DNA from: Felis catus
Lineage: Eukaryota
NCBI RefSeq assembly: GCF_018350175.1
Contig: NC_058368.1
Coordinates: 75,022,001-75,086,000, forward strand
Reading direction: 5' to 3'
Length of the DNA: 64,000 nucleotides
Shown: positions 49,023 through 61,150 of the stretch, piece after piece
How positions within the stretch are numbered: the stretch's first letter is position 1
Layout of the letters: every line of letters begins with the position of its first letter
The notes under the pieces: model-generated
Told to the model about the DNA's origin: nothing
Database searches by the model: none
The model's input: the letters and a program-made list of their open reading frames with translations, nothing else
Program-made: the position numbers and the translations under genes

Positions 49023-49505
49023 AAAAAGAAAGGAAGGAAGGAAGGAAGGAAGGAAGGAAGGAAGGAAGGAAAAGAGGGAGAGAGGGAGGGAGGGAGGAAG
49101 GAAGGAAGAAAGGAAGGAAGGAAGGAAGGAAGGAAGGAAGGGAGGAAGGAAGGGAGGGAGGAAGGAAGGAAGGAAAAGAGGGAGAGAGGGAGGGAGGGAG
49201 GAAGGAAGAAAGGAAGGAAGGAAGGAAGGAAGGAAGGAAGGAAGGGAGGAAGGAAGGGAGGGAGGAAGGAAGGAATGGAGAGAGGGAAGGAGGGAGGAAG
49301 GAAGGAAGGAAGGGAGGGAGGAAGGAAGGAAGGATGGGAGGGAGGGAGGAAGGAAGGAAGGGAGGGAGGAAGGAAGGAAGGATGGGAGGGAGGGAGGAAG
49401 GAAGGAAGGGAGGGAGGAAGGAATGGGGAGAGAGAGAGAAAGAGAGACAGAGTAAGGGAGAGAGAGAAAAGAAAGAAGGAAGGTAGGAAGAAAAAGAAAA
49501 AAAAA
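49023..49505. repeat. ~480-bp polypurine (GGAA/GGGA)n tract
   Basis: Direct observation, with only a few pyrimidines. Confidence 0.97.
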
Positions 49506-50462
49506 CTACCCTTTTTGCTTGAGAATACTTTTTATGTGACAGAACTGTATCTTAGTATCTCAATCAGCCTGTGCTAATTTTTTATCTTTTACACGTTTTC
49601 CAGTATACTTTGATCTAACTCTTCTATCTGCTACCATCTTGCTTAGAGCCTCTCCATTGAGAAGCGGACAGTGAGAAAGTACAACACAGGCAGGAGAGAA
49701 ACTGGGATCGCCAAACACTTGACTGTCTTCATGTGTCCTACCTAACTGAAGCCTGCTGGATTCAAATGTCTTAGATGTATAAGATTTCTCGGCACATATG
49801 TAGATGATCGTGTTATTTTCTAATTCCTAATTTGCTTTAAATATTTTCCGCATGATTTATATATGCACCGATCATTTTTAAAAACTTAATTTTGTTGTTC
49901 TCAGCAGGCTCTCGATGTTCAGCGATCTCAAAACAAATGGCAACACTGAGAAAAAATTTATAATTTTCTCCTCTCATTTATTTTCCATAATGTTAACACA
50001 GTCATTTTGGTTGATTTGGGAATGCTGCAAGGAAATGACAAGAAAATGCGTGGCAGGTGCAGCCAATTCTCCAAACCAGTCAATTTAGGTTAAAGATAAG
50101 CCAAACCGGATAAAGTGCCATGATCAACAATAGTTACAACCAACTTGTTATGTTACATTTTTGCTTCGGATCCAGAGTTAGGTGGGAAAATAAGAGCCTA
50201 TGGTTTAAGTTAGCTTTACTTGAAGAGTTTATTTAAAGGAATAATTCAGGTTTCTTTTCGAATTACTTCTATTTTTGATTCCCCCTGGAGCAAGCTCTCT
50301 GTACACAGAAGCCCAGGCGTCGGATTTATTTGAATTTGAATTAAAACGTGGGATGGCTCCAAAGTCTCTCATATTTACATTCCTGGCAAAACCTAAATAT
50401 TGCTAGAAGGCATAGATTCCTTTGTGAACCGTGGAGGGATTTGAGGGATTTTGGTGTTCTAG

Positions 50463-50525
50463 GGCTCTTTTCGAGGTTATGAAAGCTTTCACAAAGAAAT
50501 ATATCGTGGCTTTACAAATTTGAAG
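50463..50525 (+). other. Candidate 63-nt in-frame exon (unverified)
   Basis: TTCTAG acceptor and AAG|GTGAGA donor, open only in phase 0 (GSFRGYESFHKEIYRGFTNLK). Weak pyrimidine tract and peptide not recognised. Confidence 0.12.
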
Positions 50526-51039
50526 GTGAGAATTCTTTCAGGATGCCCAGTTCACCACAATTTTCTGTTGGTATTAATTCTCAGGATCCAAAACGGAAGG
50601 AGTGGACTAGGAAACAGGGTCTACCTGAAATTGTTTACTCCAGGTCCATGCAATTAACAGTTACCATCTTAAAAGGGAGAAAACAGGTTTTTCATAGCAA
50701 CCCATACAGACTCCACCACCAAACACCCATTATATCAATGGTTGTCACACAGCAAAATTCTCAAGGGCTTTATTGAACATATATCCTTAAGGGTCAAAAA
50801 AAAACCCCCAAAAAACCCAACAACAGTGTTTTTTGATCACAGTTTAAGCAAATGTCTTCTGAAGGATATTTTAAAAAATAAATATAAGATTGACTATTTT
50901 TAAGTGAATTTTTATATTCTTACAACCTTCCTCCTTTCTCCTTCGAACCCTATAGGAATACGTATAGCGAATTTAAGTCTTCCCCAAGCCCTTGAGTTTG
51001 ATTTCTGGCTTCCAAGACCCCTGCATCAACACCTGTACA

Positions 51040-51170
51040 TTCCTATTTACCTGTTTATTCGCCTCCCTAGACACTGAGGTTCTTACGATGGGGGACTGTG
51101 CCTCCTTCCTGAACCTAGCAAACTAGTCCCCTGTGGGAGGCAGAAGACAGCCACCATTCATTGAATAGGG
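51040..51170 (+). mobile_element. L2 3' fragment
   Basis: CCTCCCTAGAC.CTGAGGTTCTT..GA.GG.GGGACTGTGCCT...CCTAGCA. Confidence 0.5.
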
Positions 51171-51375
51171 AGATCAACTCTGTTTGGACTTTGAAGCAAA
51201 TACCCTAATTGCCACACCCCTAAATGTATGTTAAAGTCGTAACTTGGCCGCATAGAGTTGCATAGTAATAAAACTTTGGAATTCAGGTTGTTCCCAGAAT
51301 ATTTCAATAATATTTCTGGAGCTCAGAATACAGCTGTTTTTCACCCTGGAGTAGGGCCTGTAGGGCCAGCCTAGA

Positions 51376-51595
51376 TTTTTTTTTAAGTTTATTTATTTAT
51401 TGTTGAAAGAGAGAGAGACCAACAGAGTGAGCATGGGGAGAGGCAGGGGGGCGGGGAGAGAGAGAGGATTCTGAGCAGGCTCCATGCTGTTGGTGCAGAG
51501 CCCAGCACTGGGCTCTAACTCAGGAACCATGACATCGTGACCAGAGCCAAAGTCAAGAGTCAGAGGCTTAACGGACTAAGACACCCAAGCATCCC
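51376..51595 (-). mobile_element. CanSINE (older type)
   Basis: TSD AGGGCCAGCCTAGA / AGGGCCAGCTTAGA. Confidence 0.92.
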
Positions 51596-51970
51596 AGGGC
51601 CAGCTTAGAATTAAACGTAGGAAAGACATTTGTCGTGACACCTTCACTTGTGTTCATGCCTCTTTGGTAAGACATCGGTAAATAGGTATAGACAGGTTAA
51701 GCGACGACCTCTGTGCATTTTAACCAGGTTATTCTGAACATAAATCCCCAAATTATAAAAACTACCCAACAGGATAACGGTGTTATGCTCCCTTTACTCA
51801 GACCATCCCTTTTCTTGGTGCACGGAAAATCATGAGGCCATTCCATTCAGGACACTGCCATCCTTCAATCCCAGGCCATCAGACTGGTTGTGTAAAGGCA
51901 GTGTCCTTAGATCTCCCACCCTCCTGTTTGTGACCCTAGAATTACATCTATTGGGATTTCCCCATATTCA

Positions 51971-52448
51971 CGTGCATTCGTATCTTGTGGCTGGTCTGAC
52001 AATTGACCACAAACTTGTGGCTTCAAATAACACAAATTTATTCTATTGCTGGTCTGGAAGGCACGAGTCCAAGATCGGTCTTGCTGGGCTAAGCTCAAGG
52101 TCTTGGCAGGGCTAGTTGCTTCTGGGGTCTCTAGAAGGGAGTCTTTTTCCTTGGTTCTTCTGGATTCCAGAGGATACTGGCATTCCTTGCCTCATGACCC
52201 CTTCTCCCAACCCTCCTGTCTCATGACTCTGCCATCACATCTCTTGCCTCTTCCTTTGACATTCTTACCTCTCTCTCCTAAGCACCCTTGTGATTGCATT
52301 TAGCCCCCCCCCCATGGGAGAAACCAGGAGAATCTCACCACCTCAAGATATTTAATTTAATCACACCCGCAAAGCTCCTTTTGCTTTATAAGGCAATACT
52401 CAAGGGCTCCGGGGACATCTTTGAAGGGGCATTCGTCAGCCTATTGAA
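51971..52448 (-). mobile_element. MLT1D-like MaLR solo LTR
   Basis: ACCACAAACTT.GTGGCTT.AAA.AACACAAATTTATT...CTGGGCTAA..TCAAGGT.TTGGCAGGGCT...TTAATCACA.C.GCAAAG. Confidence 0.88.
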
Positions 52449-52610
52449 CCATTGCTTTAAAAACAAAATAAAACAAAAAACAAGGCTGCCTGCCCCAAAT
52501 AAGCAAACAGCATCTGCTCCCCTAGGAGTTTCCTGTAAGAGCAGCTACTACCTTTGGGACACAGACCGGCCCCTTTGTGTCTCCTCGATCATTTATCCAC
52601 ACTGCACGGC

Positions 52611-52750
52611 GTAAATAAACATTAAAAGAGTTCAATAGATTACTATGACGTCAGAACCATAGCGGAGAACCTGCGATCACATGACCAAATTACCATCATG
52701 TAGCGAAGGCGCCGTCTCCTGTCCCAGGGATAACCCACGGGCCGCCTAGG
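52611..52750. promoter_or_regulatory. Candidate enhancer (FOX, CRE and M-box motif cluster)
   Basis: GTAAATAAACA at 52611, TGACGTCA at 52646-52653, TCACATGAC at 52677-52685, locally CpG-rich unique sequence. Confidence 0.3.
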
Positions 52751-53247
52751 TCTTATCTTCTCATTTGAGCTCTTGCCTGTTCTACCCAGATGTTAAGCAA
52801 ACATTCCCTTCCTGCAGCCCCAATGCTATATTTAAAAAGAAAGGCCCTCTTTCTATGACTTCCAAACACTTACATGGTCTCACCAACTCCAAAAATTCCC
52901 ATAAATTCATGAATGATCAATATATTCTCCTAAGTGTAGAGAATAATTCAATGGACAGGAGTTTTCCTACAACGATTTTTGTGCCTTATATCTCTCCTTC
53001 CAGCCTCACTGTCCTGGCTAAGTTTCTCTCCTGAAGAGCTTCTTTCTCTCTTTTGGTTCTCTCACAATTACAACACTCCCCACCGGCTCCCCTGCCTAGA
53101 AATCTGGAAGGCAAAAGCCCTTTCTCCATTACTGCATTTTTCTTTTGCAGATTATAGTTGGTCGAGGCAAGCAGTTTTGTTTTATTAAATGTGAAGGAAA
53201 AGCATTTGTCTACAACGGATTTATCCATTCAACCATCATCTCATTCA

Positions 53248-53330
53248 ATAATAACAGGTATCACATATTGAGGGTTTTCCCTGTGACAGGCACTGCGCTA
53301 AGCACTGTATTCACATTATCTGATTTAACA
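53248..53330 (-). mobile_element. MIR 3' fragment
   Basis: AATAATAACAG...ATTGAG...CTGTG.CAGGCACTG.GCTAAGCACT.TA...CATTATCT.ATTTAA. Confidence 0.7.
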
Positions 53331-54620
53331 AGCATCTCTGAAGAAATAATTTTGTGAACACTATGATGATAGGTCTTGTAGTGAACATAGGGAACAGCGA
53401 CTTACGATCTAGTATGAGAATTGTATTACCACACAACTTTAAGGATCATCTCAACAGAGGCCGAAGATACACAGATACACAAAAGGAGGGATCAGATTAC
53501 ATCTTAGGAAACAGAGGTGACTTCTGTGGATAGGGTGGCATTTGAGAAGGAAGGAAGGGGCGTTGGAGAATCAGGAAAAGACAAAAATTATGCACATACA
53601 AATGAAGAGAAGGATTGGTCATAACGCCTACCTGATGTGTCTTAAATGTGCTGTTTGAAAGTTGAAAGCCAGCAAATATTGTAAGATATTTGTGCATAGA
53701 CATAGATAGGATTAGGGACTACTTCTCCTATGTGTCTCTACATGATGATGCTGAAGATACATTCCCACGTCACAGGAAGTGTATAAGAGGAAGGCGGTTG
53801 TTGCTGCCCTTACCTAGATCATCTGGGTTCTCAAAGCATCTCCCGAAATCCCAGCTACCTTTCAAGGACCCTTTTGAAAAATCAAAATTTTCCGGCTGAG
53901 TTTTTCCTGTTGATACGATTCACAGCAATTTGTAAGCTCGTCTTTTATGACACTCTTTTTTGCTTGGTTATAGCTCTGTCTATATACTTTTTTTCTTATC
54001 TGCCATAGAAGCCTCTTGAGACTCAACTTCCTTGAAAGAACCACCTGTATTATCATGATCTCTTCCACATCTAGAGCCTAGCACATGCCTTTGTTTACGG
54101 TAGAAAAGAAGAGAGAATAAAGCAGAAATACTTAGTGTCAGAAATCAAAGAAACATCAAAGCTGTGGAAGGAAACGTTTTGAGGGCAGGTTGGGCTTCGT
54201 GGGGAAGGACACCGCCGTATTCTGGCAAAACACACTTTGATGTCGTTGTTTCTCTGCTCTGAGAAAGTGCAGGCTCTATATTCTCCTCCATACTTTTCCC
54301 TGGAGGGAGGCTTAGGAGCCCTGATCTCTTTCATACGCTCAGGGGGCCACCAAAGCAGCGACCTGCTGTTTCCAAAGGAGAAAGGCAAAGTGTGCTCTGT
54401 AGTGAGAACTGTCCATAGGTATTTCATCGTTCTCCCTGGACTCTGACTCCAGAGGCTGAACGTGGGAAAACAGCAATGCGTCGACTCTGTGACGTCCTCA
54501 CATCCCCGTAAATCAAAATCCAGTTAGCCCTGGCAGGGAATCCAGGCAATGGTTGCTCCTCCATATTTGGGTAGTGTCTGAGCTGCATCCAATCTCTTCA
54601 GTGGTTTGTCCTGCACTTTT

Positions 54621-54733
54621 TGAAAAAGACTTTATTTGTAAGCAGTCTCCGCACCCAACGTAGGGTTCACTCAAACCCGCAACCCCAAGATCAAGAGTCA
54701 CACGCTCTACTGACGGAGCCAGCCAGGCACCCC
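54621..54733 (-). mobile_element. Short CanSINE (SINEC_b-like)
   Basis: Perfect TSD TGTCCTGCACTTTT (54607-54620 / 54734-54747). Confidence 0.92.
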
Positions 54734-54869
54734 TGTCCTGCACTTTTAAAGAGGGAATTGTTCCTGGCAGTGAGCCATTCTTCTTACAGCTTGATGGTCA
54801 TCTCCGCCGCCAGCCACGCGGGATGTAAAAGAGCTCTGAAAGTGCTATTCAAATGTTGTCTTCTGCGTC

Positions 54870-55400
54870 TCAGTGTCTCCTAACTCCATGGCTTCTCTCC
54901 CTCTGCGCTGGGTCCCCTTCACTCTTGCCTCAGCCCCACGCCTTCCATACCCGGCACCCAGAGTGGTTGTGGGAAACCATAAAGCTGGTCACGATCTTCC
55001 CTTGTCCCCTCCCCTCTTTGCCATGGTCTGCCAAGTGCACATGATCTGGCCTTGACCTCTTCTCCAGCCTTTCACACGCCCTTTCACCTGGAATGCTCCA
55101 GACTTATTCTCCTCCCCACTGCTTTCCAAGTGCATGTGCTTTGCCCATGGCCTTGGTGCTCTCCTTGTGCTCAGGCCTCAGCTCAGATGGCATGCTCCAG
55201 AGTGCTCTGGCTGAATGCCACCTCACCACTCTCCCTCCAGTCAGGCCTGTCCCTCTTCTGTCAACCTCCCTTATTTCCTGCTTTGCACTTATCCCGGATG
55301 GGTTGATTGACTACTTTCTGTCTCTCCCTACTAGACTTACAGGTGGAATCTCACCTATTGGATTTGTTCAACGAATGTTGAACGCTGAGCAAATAAGTGA
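54870..55400 (+). mobile_element. L2 fragment
   Basis: CCAGAGTG....AAA.CATAAA.CTG.TCA, CATGATCTGGCC...CCTGGAATGCTC, CTCAGCTCAGATG, TGTCTCTCCC.ACTAGACT. Confidence 0.65.
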
Positions 55401-55574
55401 TCCACGGTTTCCCGACTTTTACGCATTTGACGTCTACCTTGCTGGAACAAGGACTCTATACTCTAGTATTATCCATGCTACCAAAACCGTAAGAAATCTG
55501 GATTTGATTCTCAAAACCTTGTGGGATAACTTCTGCTGTCTTATGAGAGGTTGCCAGTGTAGACTGAATAAGGA

Positions 55575-55870
55575 TCCTTTTCCAGACCCAGATGGCTTTT
55601 GACCTAAACCCAGTTCAATCGCTTACTCCTTATGTAACTTAGGTGAATGCATTAACCTACCTGTGCCTCAGTTTTCTCTCCCATTGAACAGATAAATTAA
55701 AAAAATAATTAAATAATTAATTTAAAAAATAAATAGTAAAATAATTATAAAGTATTAAAAATCATACGACTTCATGAGATCTCGATGAGGAAGAAATGAC
55801 TCGAAACATGTAACTGCATAGAACATGACCTGGCCCATTGTAAATGCCCCATAAATGTTAGCTGTTATTA
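55575..55870 (+). mobile_element. MIR with internal AT-rich expansion
   Basis: CTTACT..TATGTAACTTAGG...TTAACCT..CTGTGCCTCAGTTTTCTC...CCTGGC.CAT.GTAA.TGC.C.ATAAATGTTAGCTGTTATTA. Confidence 0.8.
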
Positions 55871-56617
55871 GGGATTTAACATATCTGAGGAATACATACT
55901 TGAACTCTTACTGAATATCAGCAATTTTGTATAGTTGACAATCAATTGTTTTAAAATACATGATATTTAAGTTGTTAAAAGGTTAACGAGAGCTTTTATC
56001 ACAGATTACACCTATTTTTCACTCTTTGAGTCAAGAAAATCTAGGCTTTATTGAAGCTTATACAAAGGTTAGTGTAAAAGGTTGCTCTTTGAGGCTTATG
56101 AAATCATACGGTTTTCCAGCTATAAAAAGATAAATATTTGACTTGCAATCTACCTAATGACTTGCATCTGCTTATTTATTGGACTAAAAGCATCCATGGG
56201 GAGCCAGGTATGTTGATACTGGGCTTTACACGGTAGTTGCGTGGCAATGCCAATTAGAATGTAACAAAATCACCCATTGCTTCCAATTCAGCTGGACCAG
56301 CTGGAATTGAATCTATAAGCTATAATTTGTGCAAATATATATCCAGAACTCTGTTGTTTCTCTCTCTACAGGAAAAAGAAACATGTAGAAGAAAATCGTT
56401 CTTCCTTATAAGAAGCCAAGTTATACCGATTTCTTTAAAGAAACTAAGCTGACTTTACAATCAAAAAAAAAGAATTATATGCATGCCGCTGTTGCTAAAA
56501 ATGAGGCACAAACATAATGTACTTAACTTTTTAAGGGATCACATGCTCTGATTCTCTCTGCAACTGTGGTGATTTGGTGAGATGTGTGTTTTTGAGCTGA
56601 AATATCCTGTTGTTTTT

Positions 56618-56681
56618 GTTTTGTATTTATAGTTTCATTTGTTTTTTAAAGTTTATTTATTTTGAGAGAATGAGTGGCGGC

Positions 56682-56739
<58 letters not shown>

Positions 56740-56888
56740 AAGAATGAGAGAGAGAAAGAATTCCAGGCAAGCTCCACACCATTAGCACAAGTCCCATGTG
56801 GGGCTCAGACTCACTAATGGTGAGATCATGACCTGAACAGAAACCAAGAATATAGGACTCTTCACCGACTGAGCCACCCAGGCACCTC
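56618..56888 (-). mobile_element. CanSINE (older type) with long (GA)n
   Basis: Head ...GACTGAGCCACCCAGGCACC, degenerate TSD CCTGTTGTTTTT / CCTGGTGTTTTT. Confidence 0.92.
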
Positions 56889-57808
56889 CTGGTGTTTTTT
56901 TCAGAAGAAATCCTAGCTAATAGACCACAAAGGACTGCCACTATAATTAAAACAAAACAAAACAAAAGAAAAAAAAAGAAGAAGAAGAAGATCAATAAAC
57001 AATTATTTACCTTGATTGCATTTCCAAATTGAGGTTCCCTTATAATCTCCCAATTATTATCATTTCATTTAAGATGTTCTTATACCCCTTCTTTTCAAGC
57101 AGATGGTTCTGAATCGTGTTTGAATAATTTTATTGGCTACATGTTGCAGTATAATAATTGGGTTTTTTTTAAATGAATTTAGGGTAGAAAAATCGAGATG
57201 AAAGAGTTACTTTCCTGTATTTCTGGCGGTTTTTACATCCATCCTTCTTGCCGATAGGGTAGAGCTAGTGCTGTTTATTTAAATAGGAATATGGAAAGTG
57301 AATTTAACCTCAGAAAAGCAGTCTTTCTCTAGTACACTTCCTTTTTCTATAACTCCCCAGTTTGAGGAAGCAGAAGTGGCTTGGCAAATAAATTACAGTA
57401 TTTAGGATTATAATCTTAACTGAATACTATGAGAAGGAAAAATACATTGTGCTTCCTTTTTGAGCACCTTTCTTCCAAGTGCTGTTGGAAAATGTTTGAC
57501 GTAGGGAGACAATTTTTTGAAAAAAGTCATTGGATGACTATCCTAATGAGGAACCTTTGACAATAGATGACTAAAGCCCAATTTCTCTCAGGTACGGACT
57601 TCTCAGAAATCTCCAATAACGCGACTTTGTGGCAGGGAAAGACGGTACTCTGGGACAAGCTGTATTCAAATTAGTCTCCGAATCCAGTTGTGTAAATGCC
57701 TTTGCCTCAATGTGACTCATTGTTCTCTAAACTTAGTAATCTAATCCTTTTGGCGCTGGTCATATTTATGCATTGTCTTCTGACTGATGTTCTTAAAATC
57801 TGTTTCTT

Positions 57809-57847
57809 TTTTTTTTTAATTTTTTTTCAACTTTTATTTATTTTTGG

Positions 57848-57891
<44 letters not shown>

Positions 57892-58056
57892 ATGAACGGG
57901 GGAGGGGCAGAGAGAGAGGGAGACACAGAATCAGAAGCAGGCTCCAGGCTCTGAGCCATCAGCCCAGAGCCCGATGCGGGGCTCGAACTCACAGACCGCG
58001 AGATCGTGACCTGGCTGAAGTCGGACGCTTAACCGACTGCGCCACCCAGGCGCCCC
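57809..58056 (-). mobile_element. CanSINE, young SINEC_Fc type with expanded (AG)n
   Basis: Perfect TSD TTAAAATCTGTTTCTT (57793-57808 / 58057-58072). Confidence 0.97.
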
Positions 58057-58689
58057 TTAAAATCTGTTTCTTGACTGACCTACCCAATGGCTTATCGGAG
58101 AGCTTTCTTGAATACCATCATTGTCTGTATACTTTGCAACTCAGCCAGATTTTCATTTCAGGAGGCCAAATCAATACTCTTGCACAAGCGAAAGGCACCT
58201 TGTTGGGGTGGATGTAGACCTTAGTCATAAGGCTGAGTGAACAGAGAGGTAGTTGGATTTCAGCCCTGCTGGCTTCATAGGTCAGAAGCCATGAGCATTG
58301 CACCAACTGGACCTCCAGAGGTAATAGCCCAGTGTAATTTGTAGCTTATACGTGGGTGGGCACAATCAGAATCCAGGTATTGGTAACTTGAATTCCTCAT
58401 GAAACTGATTTAACCACCTCAAATTATTACTTAAGAATCACCCGTTCAATGAATGAAATGCCAAACCACCCTGCTTAAAATGCAAAACCACCCATAGTGT
58501 AGAGTTTTGTCCAGAAAAGGAAGCCTTTCATCCTTTTTTTTTTTTTGTCTTACCCTATCCTTAAATTATGAATTTACGCGAAATGGAGAAGACCATAGAT
58601 GAAGACCATAAGTCACATGGCTGTCCTATATATGCACTTACCATCAACACCCAGTCTACACTTAAAACAAAAAACTAGCAATCAATTAC

Positions 58690-58937
58690 CGTACTGGGCC
58701 TAATGGTTAGTTGGCTGGGCTTTGGATTTAGAACACCAGGGTTATAATCCTGGCTCGCCATGGTCCTGAGCTAATGATTCTTTCTCAGCCTCCATTTCCC
58801 ATATGTAAAAGGAGGATGATAGGATCGCCTCGTGATCAGGTTTTTAATGCGAAATCAACGAGAAGTTTCATGCAACACACATAGGATTGTATTTGACACA
58901 TAGTACTTGCTCAATAACCCGAGATGATAGTATTATT
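58690..58937 (+). mobile_element. MIR
   Basis: TAATGGTTAG....GGGCTTTGGA.TTAGA...GGGTT..AATCCTGGCTC.GCCA...GCCTC..TTTCC.CAT.TGTAAAA.GG.GGATGATA...ACATAGTA..TGCTCAATAA. Confidence 0.8.
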
Positions 58938-59708
58938 AATTTAAGACGCAAGCAATATTAGGTAATGTTATTTAAATAGTGACAATTCATTTGCATCCTC
59001 AAGTAGAATGGGTCACTTACATAATATTACAAAGCACGTTACGCTTTTTTATACTACAGTAGAAGGAGGGTACGAGAACCAGTGATAGTCCTCAGCGGAC
59101 ACACAATAACTATCTGGAGCCTTCTGCCCTCCTCCTTGGGAGCACTCCCTCTGGAGCGTCAGCTGCTACAACAGTGGCCAATGTATTTAGTTGGCCTTCT
59201 CATCTTTTCTAGGGGGGGAGCCTCTTATTATAAATCAATCTTCTCTTCATGTGAACTTATCCCTTAGAGAGCGCGAAAAGACATCAAGCCCATGCTGGAT
59301 CCGTACAAAGATTTGTTTACTTACTTTCCCTTTATTTCCTGGTAGAAGATATCTAATGGACCAAAGCTCTCTCAGTGTAGTAGGAATACTGGATTTAAAC
59401 GTATCACTTTCTTTAAGCCGTTAATCCAGACTAAACTAACTCCTCCGATTACTTAAAAAAATAATAATAATAATAATAAAAGAGTGGGGGATAATAATAA
59501 AAAAAGCTTGGCGGAGGGGAAAGCAACAGGAAGGAGAACAGATCTCATTTTAGCCCCCAAATACTCTGTTTAAAAAATAAATAAATAACAGCAGAAGAGG
59601 CTGGTGTTGCAGATGAGGGGATAGGGAGCATACTTATGTAGGCCAGTGTTCAAGATGATATCAATAAATCACACTCTCATTCCTTTCCTATTTGTCTAAG
59701 CCCAGGTA

Positions 59709-59732
59709 TTTTTTTTTAATGTTTTAGTTATT

Positions 59733-59774
<42 letters not shown>

Positions 59775-59938
59775 TGAGCTCAAGTCGGGGAGGGGCAGAG
59801 AGAACCGGGGGACCGGGGATCCAAACCAGCTCTGCCCTGATAGCAGGGAGCCAGACTCGGGGCTCAAACTCACGAACCGCGAGATCAAAACTTGAGCTGA
59901 AGTCGGTCGCTCAACCGACTGAGCCACCCAGGAGCCCC
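59709..59938 (-). mobile_element. CanSINE (older type) with long (GA)n
   Basis: Head ...CTCAACCGACTGAGCCACCCAGG.GCCCC, degenerate TSD CCAGGTATT / CCAGGTCTT. Confidence 0.93.
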
Positions 59939-60714
59939 TAGCTCCAGGTCTTCATCTCTTCCTTTCCCAATGAAACTTTTACAGACACTTTTCTCAGGGT
60001 GTCCTTTGTGTGGCTCTCAAGTCCTGCCTCCGGCTCCCAGATTAAAAATAGAAAAGGGGATGTGAATGGAATTCTATCTGAGCCAGCCTGTTTCCACGTG
60101 AGAAAACTCTAGCCGGAGAATGGTTTGTTAGATACAGGCCACCATGAAATCATCTTATTGGAATAGAAAAATAATATAAAAATAGTTTATAAAATAGAAA
60201 ATAGAAAAAATACTATAGTAGGTCAAGCCGATCGGCCTTACACTTGCAGTTTCTGGTTATCAAGTTCTACTGCATCATGTGATTAGTTGTGGCTTCTTTA
60301 AGGCTTTTCGACTTGAATAAAAACACCAAGTAAAGTAAAATTTAACAATGTCGTGCCTGGCAAGGTGATTTAATGTGTAGCACGATGCCATTTTAAAATA
60401 GCCATTTAAGATGATGTGATAATTACTACATTTTTTTTTGAATTAAGAGAGCTGTTCCTACTTGTGTACATCTTTAAGTTTCTGAACATTTTCCTAACTA
60501 TGACCTGATCTGATTTGATCTCATAATAACTTGGGTGAGATACTGAATACAAGTATCACTTCTAAGGTACACTGGAGTTTTCCACTGCAGACTCTGTTCA
60601 CATTTTCATCAGGTTTTAACTTCTATTTGTATCTTTGGATTCCTCAAACCAATCTTTGCTTTTTATATTTGCTTCGCTTGGATCAAGGCTTCCAAATGAG
60701 CTCGGCTACATTTT

Positions 60715-60930
60715 TTTTTCTTTTTTTTTTTTAACGTTTTTATTTATTTTTGCGAGAGAGACAGAACAAGTGGGAGAGGGGCAGAGAGAGAAGGAGACAC
60801 AGAATCAGAAGCAGGCTCCGGGCTCTGAGCTGTCAGCACAGAGCCTGATGTGGGGCTCGAACTCATGAGCCATGAGATTATGACATGAGCCGAGGTTGGA
60901 CGCTCAACCGACTGAGGCACCCAGGCCCCC
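60715..60930 (-). mobile_element. CanSINE, left member of tandem pair
   Basis: Full length, directly abutting the T tract of the next SINE. Confidence 0.93.
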
Positions 60931-60932
60931 CT

Positions 60933-61150
60933 CTTTTTTTTTCTTTTAACGTTTATTCACTTTTGAGAGACAGAGAGACAGAGCGTGAGAGTGGAAAGGG
61001 CAGACAGAGAGGGAGACACACAACCCAAAGCAGGCTCCAGGATCTGAGCTGTCAGCACAGAGCCTGATACAGGGCTTGAACTCACGGACGGTGAGATCAT
61101 GACCTGACCCAAAGTTGAACGCCCAACCACCTGAGCCATCCAGGCGTCCG
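60933..61150 (-). mobile_element. CanSINE, right member of tandem pair
   Basis: Full length. TSD TCGGCTACATTTT / TCGGCTACGTTTT flanks the whole pair. Confidence 0.93.

Noticed and set aside
48920..49577. 188-aa and 100-aa Arg/Lys/Glu/Gly ORFs
   Set aside because: A polypurine repeat cannot encode stop codons.
55093..55602. 169-aa ORF
   Set aside because: Mostly overlaps a decayed L2 and has no recognisable domain.
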